From NCBI GenBank assembly GCA_963716985.1, contig OY970323.1:1024001-1088000 (forward strand): DNA of 64,000 bases, in the 5' to 3' direction. A model generated the notes under the pieces. That model saw only the letters and a program-made list of their open reading frames with translations, made no database searches and was not told where the DNA came from. Shown piece by piece: positions 49,642-59,308 of this stretch (position 1 is its first letter; each line of letters begins with the position of its first letter). The stretch is from an uncultured bacterium. GTDB lineage: Bacteria; Chlamydiota; Chlamydiia; Chlamydiales; SM23-39. The translations under genes were made by a program, and so were the position numbers.

Positions 49642-50322
49642 TTAATATGATGCTCTGGGAAAGAGAGCGGGGGCGGGAGAAGAATCGTGGGTATTTAGGC
49701 TATCCGCGAGATTCACCTTGTCCGCTTTAGTCCGTGCGCAGCTGGCGAAGCAAAGAAGAGAAGCCACAATGCTTGTGATTGTACCACCGATTATTAGGGG
49801 TGATAGGGCTGCTTTTTCCCATCTCCTTAATGGAATTTCAGGTGAGATGTCGATGATTTTTGGTGGTGGGGCGATTTCCGGTAGTTTTTCTGGTGGTTTA
49901 GGTGGTGTGATTATTGTTGGGAAAAAATATTTGTATCCGACGACAGCGATTGTTGCCAGAAGGACAGCGTCAATGGCAAGTGCTTTGTAGGAAGTCGGCT
50001 TCCATGATTTTCGAGCTGCTTTGTCTTGTTCTCTGAGCGCATTATTGAAAATTTGAATGAATTTGTTTCGGAGCGGCGACAATGTAAGAATGTTGTACAA
50101 AAGTGCAAGTACGTTGCAGGGGATTGCTGTGAAAAGGTCTGCCGCAAAGGCAGCTACTTTTGCCGCTGTGTTCCTGCCGTTCGTTTTTGCAAGGAAGTTT
50201 GTTCCAATATGCAATCCTAAGCGTATGCCGGCTTCTGCTTTCAAGGCAACGGCTGGGCGATAATAAGGATTGAACCATGAATTATTGAATGGATTACTGA
50301 TGGTTTTGAGTGGAAGCGGCAT
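49642..50322 (-). CDS. Array paralogue C
   Basis: Same N-block, PPKPPEKLPE linker, TM2-LCFASC, unique tail. Confidence 0.8.
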   Translation of the reverse strand: MPLPLKTISNPFNNSWFNPYYRPAVALKAEAGIRLGLHIGTNFLAKTNGRNTAAKVAAFAADLFTAIPCNVLALLYNILTLSPLRNKFIQIFNNALREQDKAARKSWKPTSYKALAIDAVLLATIAVVGYKYFFPTIITPPKPPEKLPEIAPPPKIIDISPEIPLRRWEKAALSPLIIGGTITSIVASLLCFASCARTKADKVNLADSLNTHDSSPAPALFPRASY

Positions 50323-50529
50323 AAAAAATACCTCTTTTATAGGTTTGGCTGCTTTTTCCCATTAATTGTACTCCATCGGCGAGGTTTTGATCAATGAAAA
50401 TGATTATTTTTTTTTGAACACTTGTTAACTGTCAGAACATACCTCAGTTGTCTTACGGCAGAAAGCCCTTGGGTCGCATAAATTCTAAAAATGCCAGTCA
50501 ACGCATTGTGAGAGAGAGACTTACGAATT

Positions 50530-50761
50530 CAGAGATTTCCCTATACTTTTCAGGCACAAAGCATGCAATCGACGGCAGACCTGCTGATCTGAACATCTGA
50601 ATCGCTCCCTATCGATCGCCTGCTTGTCTTCTTCTGTGACGATGAACTGGATCACGTTGAGCCCCCCGATGGAATTGTGGGCATCAATTATAGGGAAATA
50701 AAAATTTTACTTCACTCGCCATCAACCAATTTTTTCACAACACTTAACGACGCGCGGTATA
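50530..50761 (-). mobile_element. IS630-family left-end remnant
   Basis: From GTG at 50655: MIQFIVTEEDKQAIDRERF...RRLHAL.LKS.G, like IS630 transposase N-termini; end-like TATACCGCGCGTCG. Confidence 0.65.
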
Positions 50762-51001
50762 TCTTGAGTATGAGTTGATAGAAACTACTTGGATGATTCA
50801 AAAGCTAAACAACCGTGGCTTTGGTTTTGGGATCTTCACTTTATTTTATTTGGAGGCTACAAGCTTAGACCGCGGCTCAAATTTTTGGGACCATTATAAT
50901 GTCGGGTTTTTCACCTTAAAAAAAAGGCCGACCCTTTGGGAGGAGTTGGCCTTTTGGCGTCGAGGGTCATTTTTGAAGATCCGCTTAAAAATCAACGTGT
51001 T

Positions 51002-51946
51002 TTATAAGCTATCAAGAGAAGGGGGGGATTTGATGGTGAGGGTTGCATTGAGGGCATCGCGGGCTTCGTCGGTAGCGGCAAGGAGATCGTAGGCGGCGAC
51101 TCTGATGGGATGGTCTGTGGTGAAGGAGCAGTCGTTGGCGCCTCTGATGATGGCTAGGGCGGCCTCTCTGCAGTTGCTGACGGTGATGGCGAAGTTTTTG
51201 AGGAACTGCTCGTCGTCGGTGCGCCTGCTGGCGGCGTCTCGGAAGGTTTGGGTGTATGATCTGAGGGCTTGGGCGCTTATTTTGAGGTCGTTGACTTTAC
51301 TGGGGTTATTGGCGATGGCTGTGAATGCCTTACGGGTCCTATTCTTAAAAGATTGTGTCCAAATGCTGCAACAGATCAAAGAAGCTACCACAATGCGTGT
51401 GATTGTGCTACCGATTGTTAGGAGTGATAGGGCTGCTTTTGTCCAGCTCCTTGATGGAATTGCATCAAGTGCAATGACTTTTGATAGTGTTGGTATGCTT
51501 GTCACCGGTGGCGTTGATAGGACCGGTTGGTTAAGTGTTGTGATTATTGTTGGGAAAAAATATTTGTATCCGACGACAGCGATTGTTGCAAGAAGGAGAG
51601 CATCAATTGCAAGTGCTTTGTAGGAAGTCGGCTTCCATGATTGTCTCGCTGCTTTGTCTTGCTCTTTGCGCACATAATTAGAAATTTGAATGAATTTGTT
51701 TCGGAGCGGCGACAATGTAAGAATGTTGTACAAAAGTGCAAGTATGTTGCAGGGGATCGCTGTGAAAAGGTCTGCCGCAAAAGCAGCTACTTTTGCCGCT
51801 GTGTTCCCGCCGTTCGTTTTTGCAAGGAAGTTTGTTCCAATATGCAATCCTAAGCGTATGCCGGCTTCTGCTTTCAAGGAAACGGCCGGGCGATAATAAG
51901 GATTGAACCATGAATTATTGAATGGATTACTGATGCTTTTGGCCAT
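51002..51946 (-). CDS. Array paralogue D
   Basis: Same N-block, different linker, TM2-ICC, ~120-aa helical unique tail. Confidence 0.8.
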   Translation of the reverse strand: MAKSISNPFNNSWFNPYYRPAVSLKAEAGIRLGLHIGTNFLAKTNGGNTAAKVAAFAADLFTAIPCNILALLYNILTLSPLRNKFIQISNYVRKEQDKAARQSWKPTSYKALAIDALLLATIAVVGYKYFFPTIITTLNQPVLSTPPVTSIPTLSKVIALDAIPSRSWTKAALSLLTIGSTITRIVVASLICCSIWTQSFKNRTRKAFTAIANNPSKVNDLKISAQALRSYTQTFRDAASRRTDDEQFLKNFAITVSNCREAALAIIRGANDCSFTTDHPIRVAAYDLLAATDEARDALNATLTIKSPPSLDSL

Positions 51947-52118
51947 AAAAACCTTTTGTTGAGGTTTGGTTATTTTTTTCCATTAATTATACTCCATTGA
52001 CGAGGTTTTGATCAATGAAAATGATTATTTTTTTTTGAACGCTTGTTAATAGTTAGAACATGCCTGAGTTGTCTTGCGGCAGAATGCTCTTGGGTCACAT
52101 AAATTCTAAAAATGCCAG

Positions 52119-52360
52119 TCAACGCGTTGGGTAATGTAAGATTCTTTCTGTAAAATGTTTTTTCCACTCGGAGAGGATCATCTGATGCGCTTCTGGTTTT
52201 TCCGACAATCGTGCTGCAGTTTTTTCTCCTTTTAAAATTTCCAAACCGGCTTTGAGCTTGAACTCAGGAGAACATTGCCTCCTCGATTGACTCATTTTAA
52301 CCTCCACTTTGTTTGGAGGTTATAAGCTTAGAGTGTGGCTCAAATTTTGGGACCATTATA
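52119..52360 (-). mobile_element. IS3-family left end with orfA remnant (end sequence also at ~50850-50898)
   Basis: MSQSRRQCSPEFKLKA.LE.LKGEKT...W.K.F HTH; terminal TATAATGGTCCCAAAATTTGAGCC. Confidence 0.75.
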
Positions 52361-52450
52361 GTTATCGATGTTTTCACCTAAAAAAAAGACCGACCCTTTG
52401 GAGGGGGTCGGCCTTCTGGCGTCGAGGGTCTGGAGATTCTCCCAAAGCCC

Positions 52451-53083
52451 TTAGGTGCTCTTCGGATCCTTAGAAGCTTCGGCTATAACGGCGACGCAAC
52501 AGAGGCAAGTACTCGCAACTGTCACAACGGCTGTGATTGTGCTACCGATTATAATGGCTGCTTTTGTCCAGCTCCTTGATGGAATTTCAGGTGAGATGTC
52601 GATGATTTTTGGTGGTGGGACGATTTCCCGTAGTTTTTCTGGTAGTTTTTCTGGTGGTTTAGGTGGTGTGATTATTGTTGGGAAAAAATATTTGTATCCG
52701 ACGACAGCGATTGTTGCAAGAAGGAGAGCATCAATTGCAAGTGCTTTGTAAGAAGTGGGCTTCCATGATTGTCTCGCTGCTTTGTCTTGCTCTTTGCGCA
52801 CATAATTAGAAATTTGAATGAATTTGTTTCGGAGCGGCGCCAATGTAAGAATGTTGTACAAAAGTGCAAGTAGGTTGCAGGGGATCGCTGTGAAAAGGTC
52901 TGCCGCAAAGGCAGCTACTTTTGCCGCTGTGTTCCTGCCATTTGCTTGTGCAAGGAAGTTTGTTCCAATATGCAATCCTAAGCGTATGCCGGCTTCTGCT
53001 TTCAAGGAAACGGCTGGGCGATAAAAAGGATTGAGCCATTGGTTATTGAATGGATTACTGATGCTTTTGAGTGGAAGCGTCAT
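52451..53083 (-). CDS. Array paralogue E
   Basis: Same N-block, linker with an extra 12-bp unit, TM2-CLCC, short tail. Confidence 0.8.
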   Translation of the reverse strand: MTLPLKSISNPFNNQWLNPFYRPAVSLKAEAGIRLGLHIGTNFLAQANGRNTAAKVAAFAADLFTAIPCNLLALLYNILTLAPLRNKFIQISNYVRKEQDKAARQSWKPTSYKALAIDALLLATIAVVGYKYFFPTIITPPKPPEKLPEKLREIVPPPKIIDISPEIPSRSWTKAAIIIGSTITAVVTVASTCLCCVAVIAEASKDPKST

Positions 53084-53403
53084 AAAAAATACCTCTTTTA
53101 TAGGTTTGGTTGTTTTTTTCCGCTAATTTTAGTCCATGACGAAGTTTTGATCAATGAAAATGATTATTTTTTTTTGAACATTCGTTAACGGTCGGATGAT
53201 ATTAGTAAAATTTTTATTTTTAGGAATTATTAGGCGCATCTGCATTTAAAGGAGCAGGTTTTTATGCTCTCTCGAAGAGATTGCATCTTGAGTATGGGTT
53301 GATAGAAACTATTTGGATGATTCAATAGATGGTCGGGTTTATGCGACCGACCATCTGAGATCTGTCCACTCTCTTTAAGTTTAAACCTGAACATCTTGGT
53401 CAG

Positions 53404-53601
53404 TTAACCTAAAAACGGCAGTTGAACCGCTCCGCACAATCAAAACTTTCGCGATTCTCCTCTAAAAATCAATGTTATTGCTCAAATTTATCCACTCACC
53501 TATTGGGTGGGCGTGAAAGTTCAAGATAGAATTTATTTCTGAGAGAGAAATTTACAATTTTCAGGTCATGCAGAGCGGTTCAACTGCCGTTTTTAGGTTA
53601 A
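53404..53601. mobile_element. MITE (~198 bp) with perfect 29-bp terminal inverted repeats
   Basis: ttaacctaaaaacggcagttgaaccgctc at the left, exact reverse complement at the right; no ORF. Confidence 0.8.
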
Positions 53602-54378
53602 AGAAGAAGGCTGGGACTGTTGCAGTGAGAGCCATTCTTTTTTCCACTCTTCCCACCTAGCGTTAAAATGCTCCGGATCCTTATTCTTAGCTACCTTACA
53701 CATAAAGCGGAAGAGTTTAGGATTCACTTTAGCAGGAGCGGTCTTTTCAATAGAGGGGAGGTTACCAATCCCTTCAACAGTAGTTTTTGATTTGAGTGAT
53801 TGATGCAGCGCAAGGATGGGAATCGCAAATAATGGACTATATTGTGCCCAATGGAGAGTCTTTCCCCAAGGTCCGATGTCATTTATTTTATCAACGACAG
53901 TAGAGTCCACAGCCCAGTGAGTTATTGTTGGCAGAGTCTCTGACGGTGGTTTTGTGGCGGAGACAAAATACTTAGGTCCGAGGGTTGCGATTGCCACGAC
54001 AGAAGCAAGAAGGAGGGCGTCAACGGCTAGTGCTTTATAAGAAGTGGGCTTCCAAGGGTTTTGCCCTTTTTGGGTTTTTTTATTTGAAATTTGCATGATT
54101 TTATTACGGATCGGTAGGACTGAAACGTTATAGAAAAGAGCAATCGCATTCCCGGAAATTGCCGTAAGGAGGTCCCCTACAAAGGCGCCAATTTTTGCTA
54201 TTGTATGGAGGAAGGGATTGGAAATGGTTTTTGTTTTTTCTAGCAGGTTGGTTCCGGCATGCAAGCCTAAGGAACGATATGCTTTTTGTGGGCAAACGTT
54301 CGTTTCATGAAAAAAAGGATTGAACCATGAATTATTGATATAAGGGTTGTGCAAAAGATGATTTATTATGGCGTTCAT
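53593..54378 (-). CDS. Array paralogue F (diverged; stop supplied by MITE)
   Basis: NNSWFNPF, LGLH.GTN.L.KT, AL.YN, WKPTSYKALA.DALLLA. Confidence 0.75.
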   Translation of the reverse strand: MNAIINHLLHNPYINNSWFNPFFHETNVCPQKAYRSLGLHAGTNLLEKTKTISNPFLHTIAKIGAFVGDLLTAISGNAIALFYNVSVLPIRNKIMQISNKKTQKGQNPWKPTSYKALAVDALLLASVVAIATLGPKYFVSATKPPSETLPTITHWAVDSTVVDKINDIGPWGKTLHWAQYSPLFAIPILALHQSLKSKTTVEGIGNLPSIEKTAPAKVNPKLFRFMCKVAKNKDPEHFNARWEEWKKEWLSLQQSQPSSLT

Positions 54379-54878
54379 GAGAATCTTTGGTTTTTTTAAT
54401 AAATTATAAGCCTAGAAAATACATTGTGTCAACAAAAGTGATTTTTTTAAAGTTTATTAATTTTTTTATTTTTTAAAAAAAATCATTTGTTTTAAAAAAT
54501 TTCGTGGATGAAGAGTTTGTTTGAGAAGGGAAAATTTAGGTAGCTTAAGGCCAATGGGGCCAAGGGGCAGGCTTCTTCATGTGATATGTGGGAATCTAAG
54601 ACCGGGTGTCCGGCTAATCTAGCTAATGACAGACGAGTCACCCTGCTTCCGGAATCGCAAAAATTAGAAACAAACTGCCCATTTTTTTTGAAGGACTTCG
54701 TGTATTTTGGACCTTATGTGGATGCCCTGTACATTTTCGTTCTGTATGCCAGTCGTTTGCAAGGGATTTTCTTCTGATTTCACTTAAACGATCTTCTTTG
54801 CTAACAAAGCTAGAATGGTTTTCTGAATCAAGGTCTATAGGGGAGTTTGGCTTTTAGTCCTATGCCGGGCGCGTCAAT

Positions 54879-54913
54879 AAAAAAAGGCCAGCTTAATAAA
54901 AGCTGGCCTTTTT
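54879..54913 (-). terminator. Intrinsic terminator
   Basis: aaaaaggccagct...agctggccttttt. Confidence 0.75.
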
Positions 54914-54939
54914 GCCATAAAGCCTAACTGCTAGTAGAC

Positions 54940-55695
54940 TTATTCACCAGTCTTTAGCTGGGGCTTCTTCCCATCAGGAGGCTTCGGAGCATCGGAAGTA
55001 ATGGAAGTACTGAGCATTACACGTTTCCCATGATGACAGCATTTTACTACACCATATATTGCTCCTATGAGAGCCAAGAGGCTGCCCGAGCCTTCACCTA
55101 TCATCATAGGAATGCTCGGCTTCGTAAGAATGCTTGGCATCGAGAACCAGGGTTGTTTTGGTGTAACGACTTTTGGTATTACAACTTTTGGTGTTACAAC
55201 TTTATCTGCTTCTTTGGGGATTGTTACTCGAAAAGGAAATACCCCATATTTGTAAGCAGAAAAGCCTGCAAGTGCAAGAACTGCAGCTGCAGCTACGCCA
55301 ATTTTTAGCGGCGACCAAACATATGTTTTATGTTTGCTGACTTGGCTAATCACTCTTCTTTCTACTGCAACGGCAAGATTGCCAACTGTCCAACGTGCCA
55401 TGTTCCCCACCGTGGCATCAAGAACTACAATCAAGGGCAGGGTCAGGGTAGCAAAAAGAGCTACTTTGTATGCAAGCGCAAGAGCTCCTTTGTCACCAGC
55501 TAGATGAAAAACAGACTTTGTTGTCTCAAAGCCAAAAGGAGAGACGTAATAGTCTGGCTTTTGCTTTGAAGGCACTGCTGTTTTGAGCAAAGCGTTCAAA
55601 GCGCTCGATGGTATTGAAACGATTGCTTTGCCAACGGATTTTGCGCCATTGACAACTGAATGAAAATTTACTGCTGCAACTGGACTTATACTCAT
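54940..55695 (-). CDS. Membrane protein with TM-linker-TM-KCC anchor (distant array member)
   Basis: WSPLK, TM1, (KVVTP)3-like linker, TM2 ending VKCC, charged tail. Confidence 0.7.
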   Translation of the reverse strand: MSISPVAAVNFHSVVNGAKSVGKAIVSIPSSALNALLKTAVPSKQKPDYYVSPFGFETTKSVFHLAGDKGALALAYKVALFATLTLPLIVVLDATVGNMARWTVGNLAVAVERRVISQVSKHKTYVWSPLKIGVAAAAVLALAGFSAYKYGVFPFRVTIPKEADKVVTPKVVIPKVVTPKQPWFSMPSILTKPSIPMMIGEGSGSLLALIGAIYGVVKCCHHGKRVMLSTSITSDAPKPPDGKKPQLKTGE

Positions 55696-56367
55696 AAAAA
55701 ACCTCTTTTCTTTGGGTCTAATTGTTAATAATTCCTTTCAAGTGCTAGCACAATAGCAAATTCGGCTTCTTTTCGTCAAAACTTTTTTTATTCAGCTGTT
55801 TTTTTTTTTCTGCACGCGCCTCTTTTTGGTTCTTTTTAGGTTTTAAAAAGAGGGAAACAATCCTGCGGTTGCGGCACTCCTTCCTGTTGCAAAAAAGGAG
55901 AGAAAGGGGGGATTTTAGACGCTCAGGGAGCCATTTCCTTAAAATCCCATAGAGAATGGCGGCTGTTGGACGGGGGAGCTGGGGCAGTCTTGAATATTCG
56001 TTTGTGGAATTCCATGACGGGGTGCGAAGGGGCAGCCGGCCCATGTCCGGCATCGGAAAAAAGCAAAAATGTGCAGACGAGAAAAAGCGAGACATGCCTG
56101 CAGCTTCCTGACGATGCATTGAGGACAATGGACATGGCGGAATATCCCGTTTGAAAAATGGCGCAAGAGCTCCGGAAGAGAATGAAAACGCATTTTTTGT
56201 GAAAGCAAAGAGTCCCTTCGAGGGGCGCCTAAGAGGGAAGGATAGCTAAAGATTAAGGAGGAATGAATCAGTTGTCGAACAATTATTTGCCAAATGAACA
56301 AATTTTCTAATGGGAAATGAGATCGACGCAACGGAGAGATTGTTTTGCAACAGGGAGGAGCAGGATC

Positions 56368-57276
56368 TCAAGAGGTTGCGGACTTTCGTAGGGCAGGACT
56401 ATCTATCGATAACCCCATGGCATGAAGTCCATTGTCAACGAAGAGAACGTTGCCTGTGATCGCAGAGGCCGATGGAGAGAGAAGAAATGCTGCTGCCCGG
56501 CCCACCTCTTCGGCATCTAAATCTTTGACAAGCGGAGCGTTGGCTTTCGAATAGGCGATCGACTGATCGATGCTGCCAATGGCTCTGGCCGCACGGCTGC
56601 GCAAGGGGCCTGCTGAAATGCAATTGACGCGGATGTTCCATTTCCTTCCGGCTTCCCAAGCAAGCGTGCGGGTGTCGCTTTCGAGCGCGGCTTTTGCGGA
56701 GCTCATCCCGCCCCCATATCCGGGGATGGCTCTGGTGGAAGCGATATAGCTAAGCGTGAGAGCGGAGCCGTTTTTTAAAATCGGACCAAAATGAGAAAGA
56801 AGGCTTACAAAAGAATAGGAAGAGGCGCTGAGCGCGGCTAAATAGCCGGCCCTAGAGGTGTCGAGAAGGTCTTTCGTCACTTCGGGTGCATTGGCAAGCG
56901 AGTGGACAAGGATGTCGATGGACCCAACATCTTTTTTCACCTGCTCGGCAACCTCGGAAATCGTATAGCCCGAAGCTTCAGCATAGCGTTTGTTCTGCAA
57001 GACGTCCGGGGGGATGTTTTCGGGGGTATCGAATGCGGCATCGAGCGAGTAGACTTTGCTGTATTCCCAAAGGGTGCCGTCAGAGAGTTTGCGGGATTCG
57101 TCGAATTTTCCCATTTCCCAAGAGGTGGTGAAGATTTTGACGATGGGGGTCCAGGTGCCGATGAGAATTACAGCGCCCGCTTCAGCAAGCGCTTTTGCGA
57201 TGGCAAAGCCAAATCCGCGATCATCGCCAATTCCTGCGACAAAGGCCTTTTTACCTTTTAAGGACGAATGAAACAT
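56368..57276 (-). CDS. fabI: Enoyl-ACP reductase (NADH), chlamydial/plant type
   Basis: [49 protein letters not shown]. Confidence 0.95.
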   Translation of the reverse strand: MFHSSLKGKKAFVAGIGDDRGFGFAIAKALAEAGAVILIGTWTPIVKIFTTSWEMGKFDESRKLSDGTLWEYSKVYSLDAAFDTPENIPPDVLQNKRYAEASGYTISEVAEQVKKDVGSIDILVHSLANAPEVTKDLLDTSRAGYLAALSASSYSFVSLLSHFGPILKNGSALTLSYIASTRAIPGYGGGMSSAKAALESDTRTLAWEAGRKWNIRVNCISAGPLRSRAARAIGSIDQSIAYSKANAPLVKDLDAEEVGRAAAFLLSPSASAITGNVLFVDNGLHAMGLSIDSPALRKSATS

Positions 57277-57331
57277 AAAGAACCTCTTCGAGAAAAAATC
57301 ACCTTATTATAGCACAAATAAGAGCAGGACC

Positions 57332-57520
57332 TCAATGTGTTTTTTCTTTCTTGCTATGTGCTCTTTTCCACCCTTCGGCGGTTAAAATTTTTTTTTCAGG
57401 CGCGGAGGCTTTATGCGTTCCTTCTCTTTTCACCGGAGGCTTTTTTTCCGGTTTTTTTTCTTCTGCCTTCTTCTTCTCTTTTTTCTTTTTGGAAGAGAAA
57501 AATTTTACTTTTCGAAACAT
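57332..57520 (-). CDS. Small Lys-rich protein
   Basis: 62 aa, very basic, KILTAEGWKR motif. Confidence 0.55.
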   Translation of the reverse strand: MFRKVKFFSSKKKKEKKKAEEKKPEKKPPVKREGTHKASAPEKKILTAEGWKRAHSKKEKTH

Positions 57521-57596
57521 TTCAGGCTCTCTTTTTGTTGCATTATTTAGTTGGAATTTTCAATAATTCTACCAGCAGCAACATTTTGTGCAACAC

Positions 57597-58556
57597 ATGA
57601 AATTTCACGACTTTTCTTCTTTTCGGCGCTCTTGCGACGCGTCGCGTCCCCTTGTTGCCCTGGTTGTTGCCGCTCAAGATTACGAGCGGTCGAAAATTTT
57701 TGATGAGATCTTTTCGCTTTTACAAAAAAAAGGCCATTTTCAGATGATCAAATTTTCTTCTGAAGAAGCGGACAGGGCAATGGAGGCTCTTTCGTGCGGA
57801 TCTCTGTTTGCACAGGACCCTTTGGTCATTATCGACGGCGTGGATTTATTCAAGAAAAAGCAAGAAGAGCTTGTGCTGCAATATCTCAAGAATCCCAATA
57901 CGCACGGCTGCCTGCTTTTGGGCGCGCGCGAAAAAAAGGGAGTTTCTCTCTACGGAGAAATCGACGCCAAGGGAGTGGTCTTTGATTTGGGATTTGAAAG
58001 GGTCAAAGAGCGTGAAAAGCGGTTTGTCGAGAAATTGCGCGAGAAGTGTAGTGCAGCGGGAAAGACGATAGAGATGGCGGCCGTCGAGCTTTTCTTTACC
58101 AAGACGGGCCTTGATTTGGCGATTGTGGAATCAGAATCGGAAAAGCTTTTGTGCTTTGTCGGAGAAAAAGAGAGAATTGAGCGAAGCGATGTGGCCCTCA
58201 TTTGCGCCTCTTCCGATACGAGAAATCTTTGGGAAATTGCAGAGGACTTTGTCTGGAGGCAAAAAATGCCGCCCTCTTTAGAAAGCTCGCTTTTTCACCC
58301 GCTTTTGAGTGCGGTCCGCTATCAACTGCAGCAGGGACTTCGTATGGCATCTAGAGAGAGCTTTGGGGAAGAGTCCTCTTTTTTTTATAAAAAAGAAGAA
58401 GAAAAGCGGAATATTGCGCTGCAGAGAGGCCCTTCATTTTTTAAAAAATTTTTACTCCTGCTTTTTGAAATCGATCTTTTGTCGAAAACGCTCGGAGGGT
58501 CATTGGATTCTCTTTTCTCTTATCTGCACTCTAAGATGTTTGAGGCGCTTTCATGA
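57597..58556 (+). CDS. holA: DNA polymerase III delta subunit
   Basis: SLFA...V...., E.EKL..FVG...I...DV; size and position before the methyltransferase. Confidence 0.78.
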   Translation: MKFHDFSSFRRSCDASRPLVALVVAAQDYERSKIFDEIFSLLQKKGHFQMIKFSSEEADRAMEALSCGSLFAQDPLVIIDGVDLFKKKQEELVLQYLKNPNTHGCLLLGAREKKGVSLYGEIDAKGVVFDLGFERVKEREKRFVEKLREKCSAAGKTIEMAAVELFFTKTGLDLAIVESESEKLLCFVGEKERIERSDVALICASSDTRNLWEIAEDFVWRQKMPPSLESSLFHPLLSAVRYQLQQGLRMASRESFGEESSFFYKKEEEKRNIALQRGPSFFKKFLLLLFEIDLLSKTLGGSLDSLFSYLHSKMFEALS

Positions 58557-59308
58557 GCGGAGCGCTTTTTCTCTTGCCCAATTTACTCTGGCCGGACTCC
58601 AGGTTTGAGGATTTTTTTCCAAAAAGGGTGAGCGATATCGTTCATTCTTTAGATGGGCTCATTGCAGAGAGCGAAAAAGGGGGATGGCGTTTTCTTCGCC
58701 ATTTTTTTTCTCATGAAAAAATCAAGACCTTTCCGGTGCGCTATCTCAACGAACATACAAAGCTCGTAGAGATCGAGGAGCTGCTCCAACCCTTATTGAA
58801 AGGGGAGCGATGGGGGATGGTGTCGGATGCGGGACTTGCGACGATTGCAGATCCCGGATCTGAGCTGGTCTTTGCTGCGAAAAAAAGAAACATTCAGGTG
58901 GAAGCATTTCCCGGGCCCTCTTCGATCGTTCTTGCTTTAATGCTTTCGGGATTTTCCGCCCAAAGTTTTTCCTTTTACGGATATCTGCCCATCGATCCCG
59001 TGGCCTTCAAGGAGCGCATTTTGTCATTTGAAAAAGAGGTTGCACAGACGCATCTATGGATGGAAACTCCCTATCGCATCCGGCAGAGAATGCAGCAGAT
59101 CGTCCTTACTTTAAAGGAGGAGACGCTGCTCTGTCTTGCCCTTGATTTAACGCTGCCGAGGCAAGAGGTCATTGTTGCTCCTATTCGCGAGTGGAAGAGA
59201 AGGGATTTTTCTTCTTTTCACAAGCGGCTTGCCATTTTTCTGATCGGCCAAGATCCCTTTAAAGAAGCTCTTCGGCCACAGAGTCATAAAAAAGCAGGCC
59301 TTTTTTAG
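58553..59308 (+). CDS. RsmI-like tetrapyrrole-methylase-family SAM methyltransferase
   Basis: LFLLPN.L, LNEH, G.VSDAG...IADPG, PGPSS..LAL..SG, ETPYR. Confidence 0.88.
   Translation: MSGALFLLPNLLWPDSRFEDFFPKRVSDIVHSLDGLIAESEKGGWRFLRHFFSHEKIKTFPVRYLNEHTKLVEIEELLQPLLKGERWGMVSDAGLATIADPGSELVFAAKKRNIQVEAFPGPSSIVLALMLSGFSAQSFSFYGYLPIDPVAFKERILSFEKEVAQTHLWMETPYRIRQRMQQIVLTLKEETLLCLALDLTLPRQEVIVAPIREWKRRDFSSFHKRLAIFLIGQDPFKEALRPQSHKKAGLF

Noticed and set aside
47830..55695. Diversity-generating retroelement
   Set aside because: No intact reverse transcriptase nearby; differences are block swaps rather than adenine-specific changes
55745..56331. Overlapping short ORFs or ncRNA downstream of fabI
   Set aside because: No protein motifs and no recognisable RNA family signature
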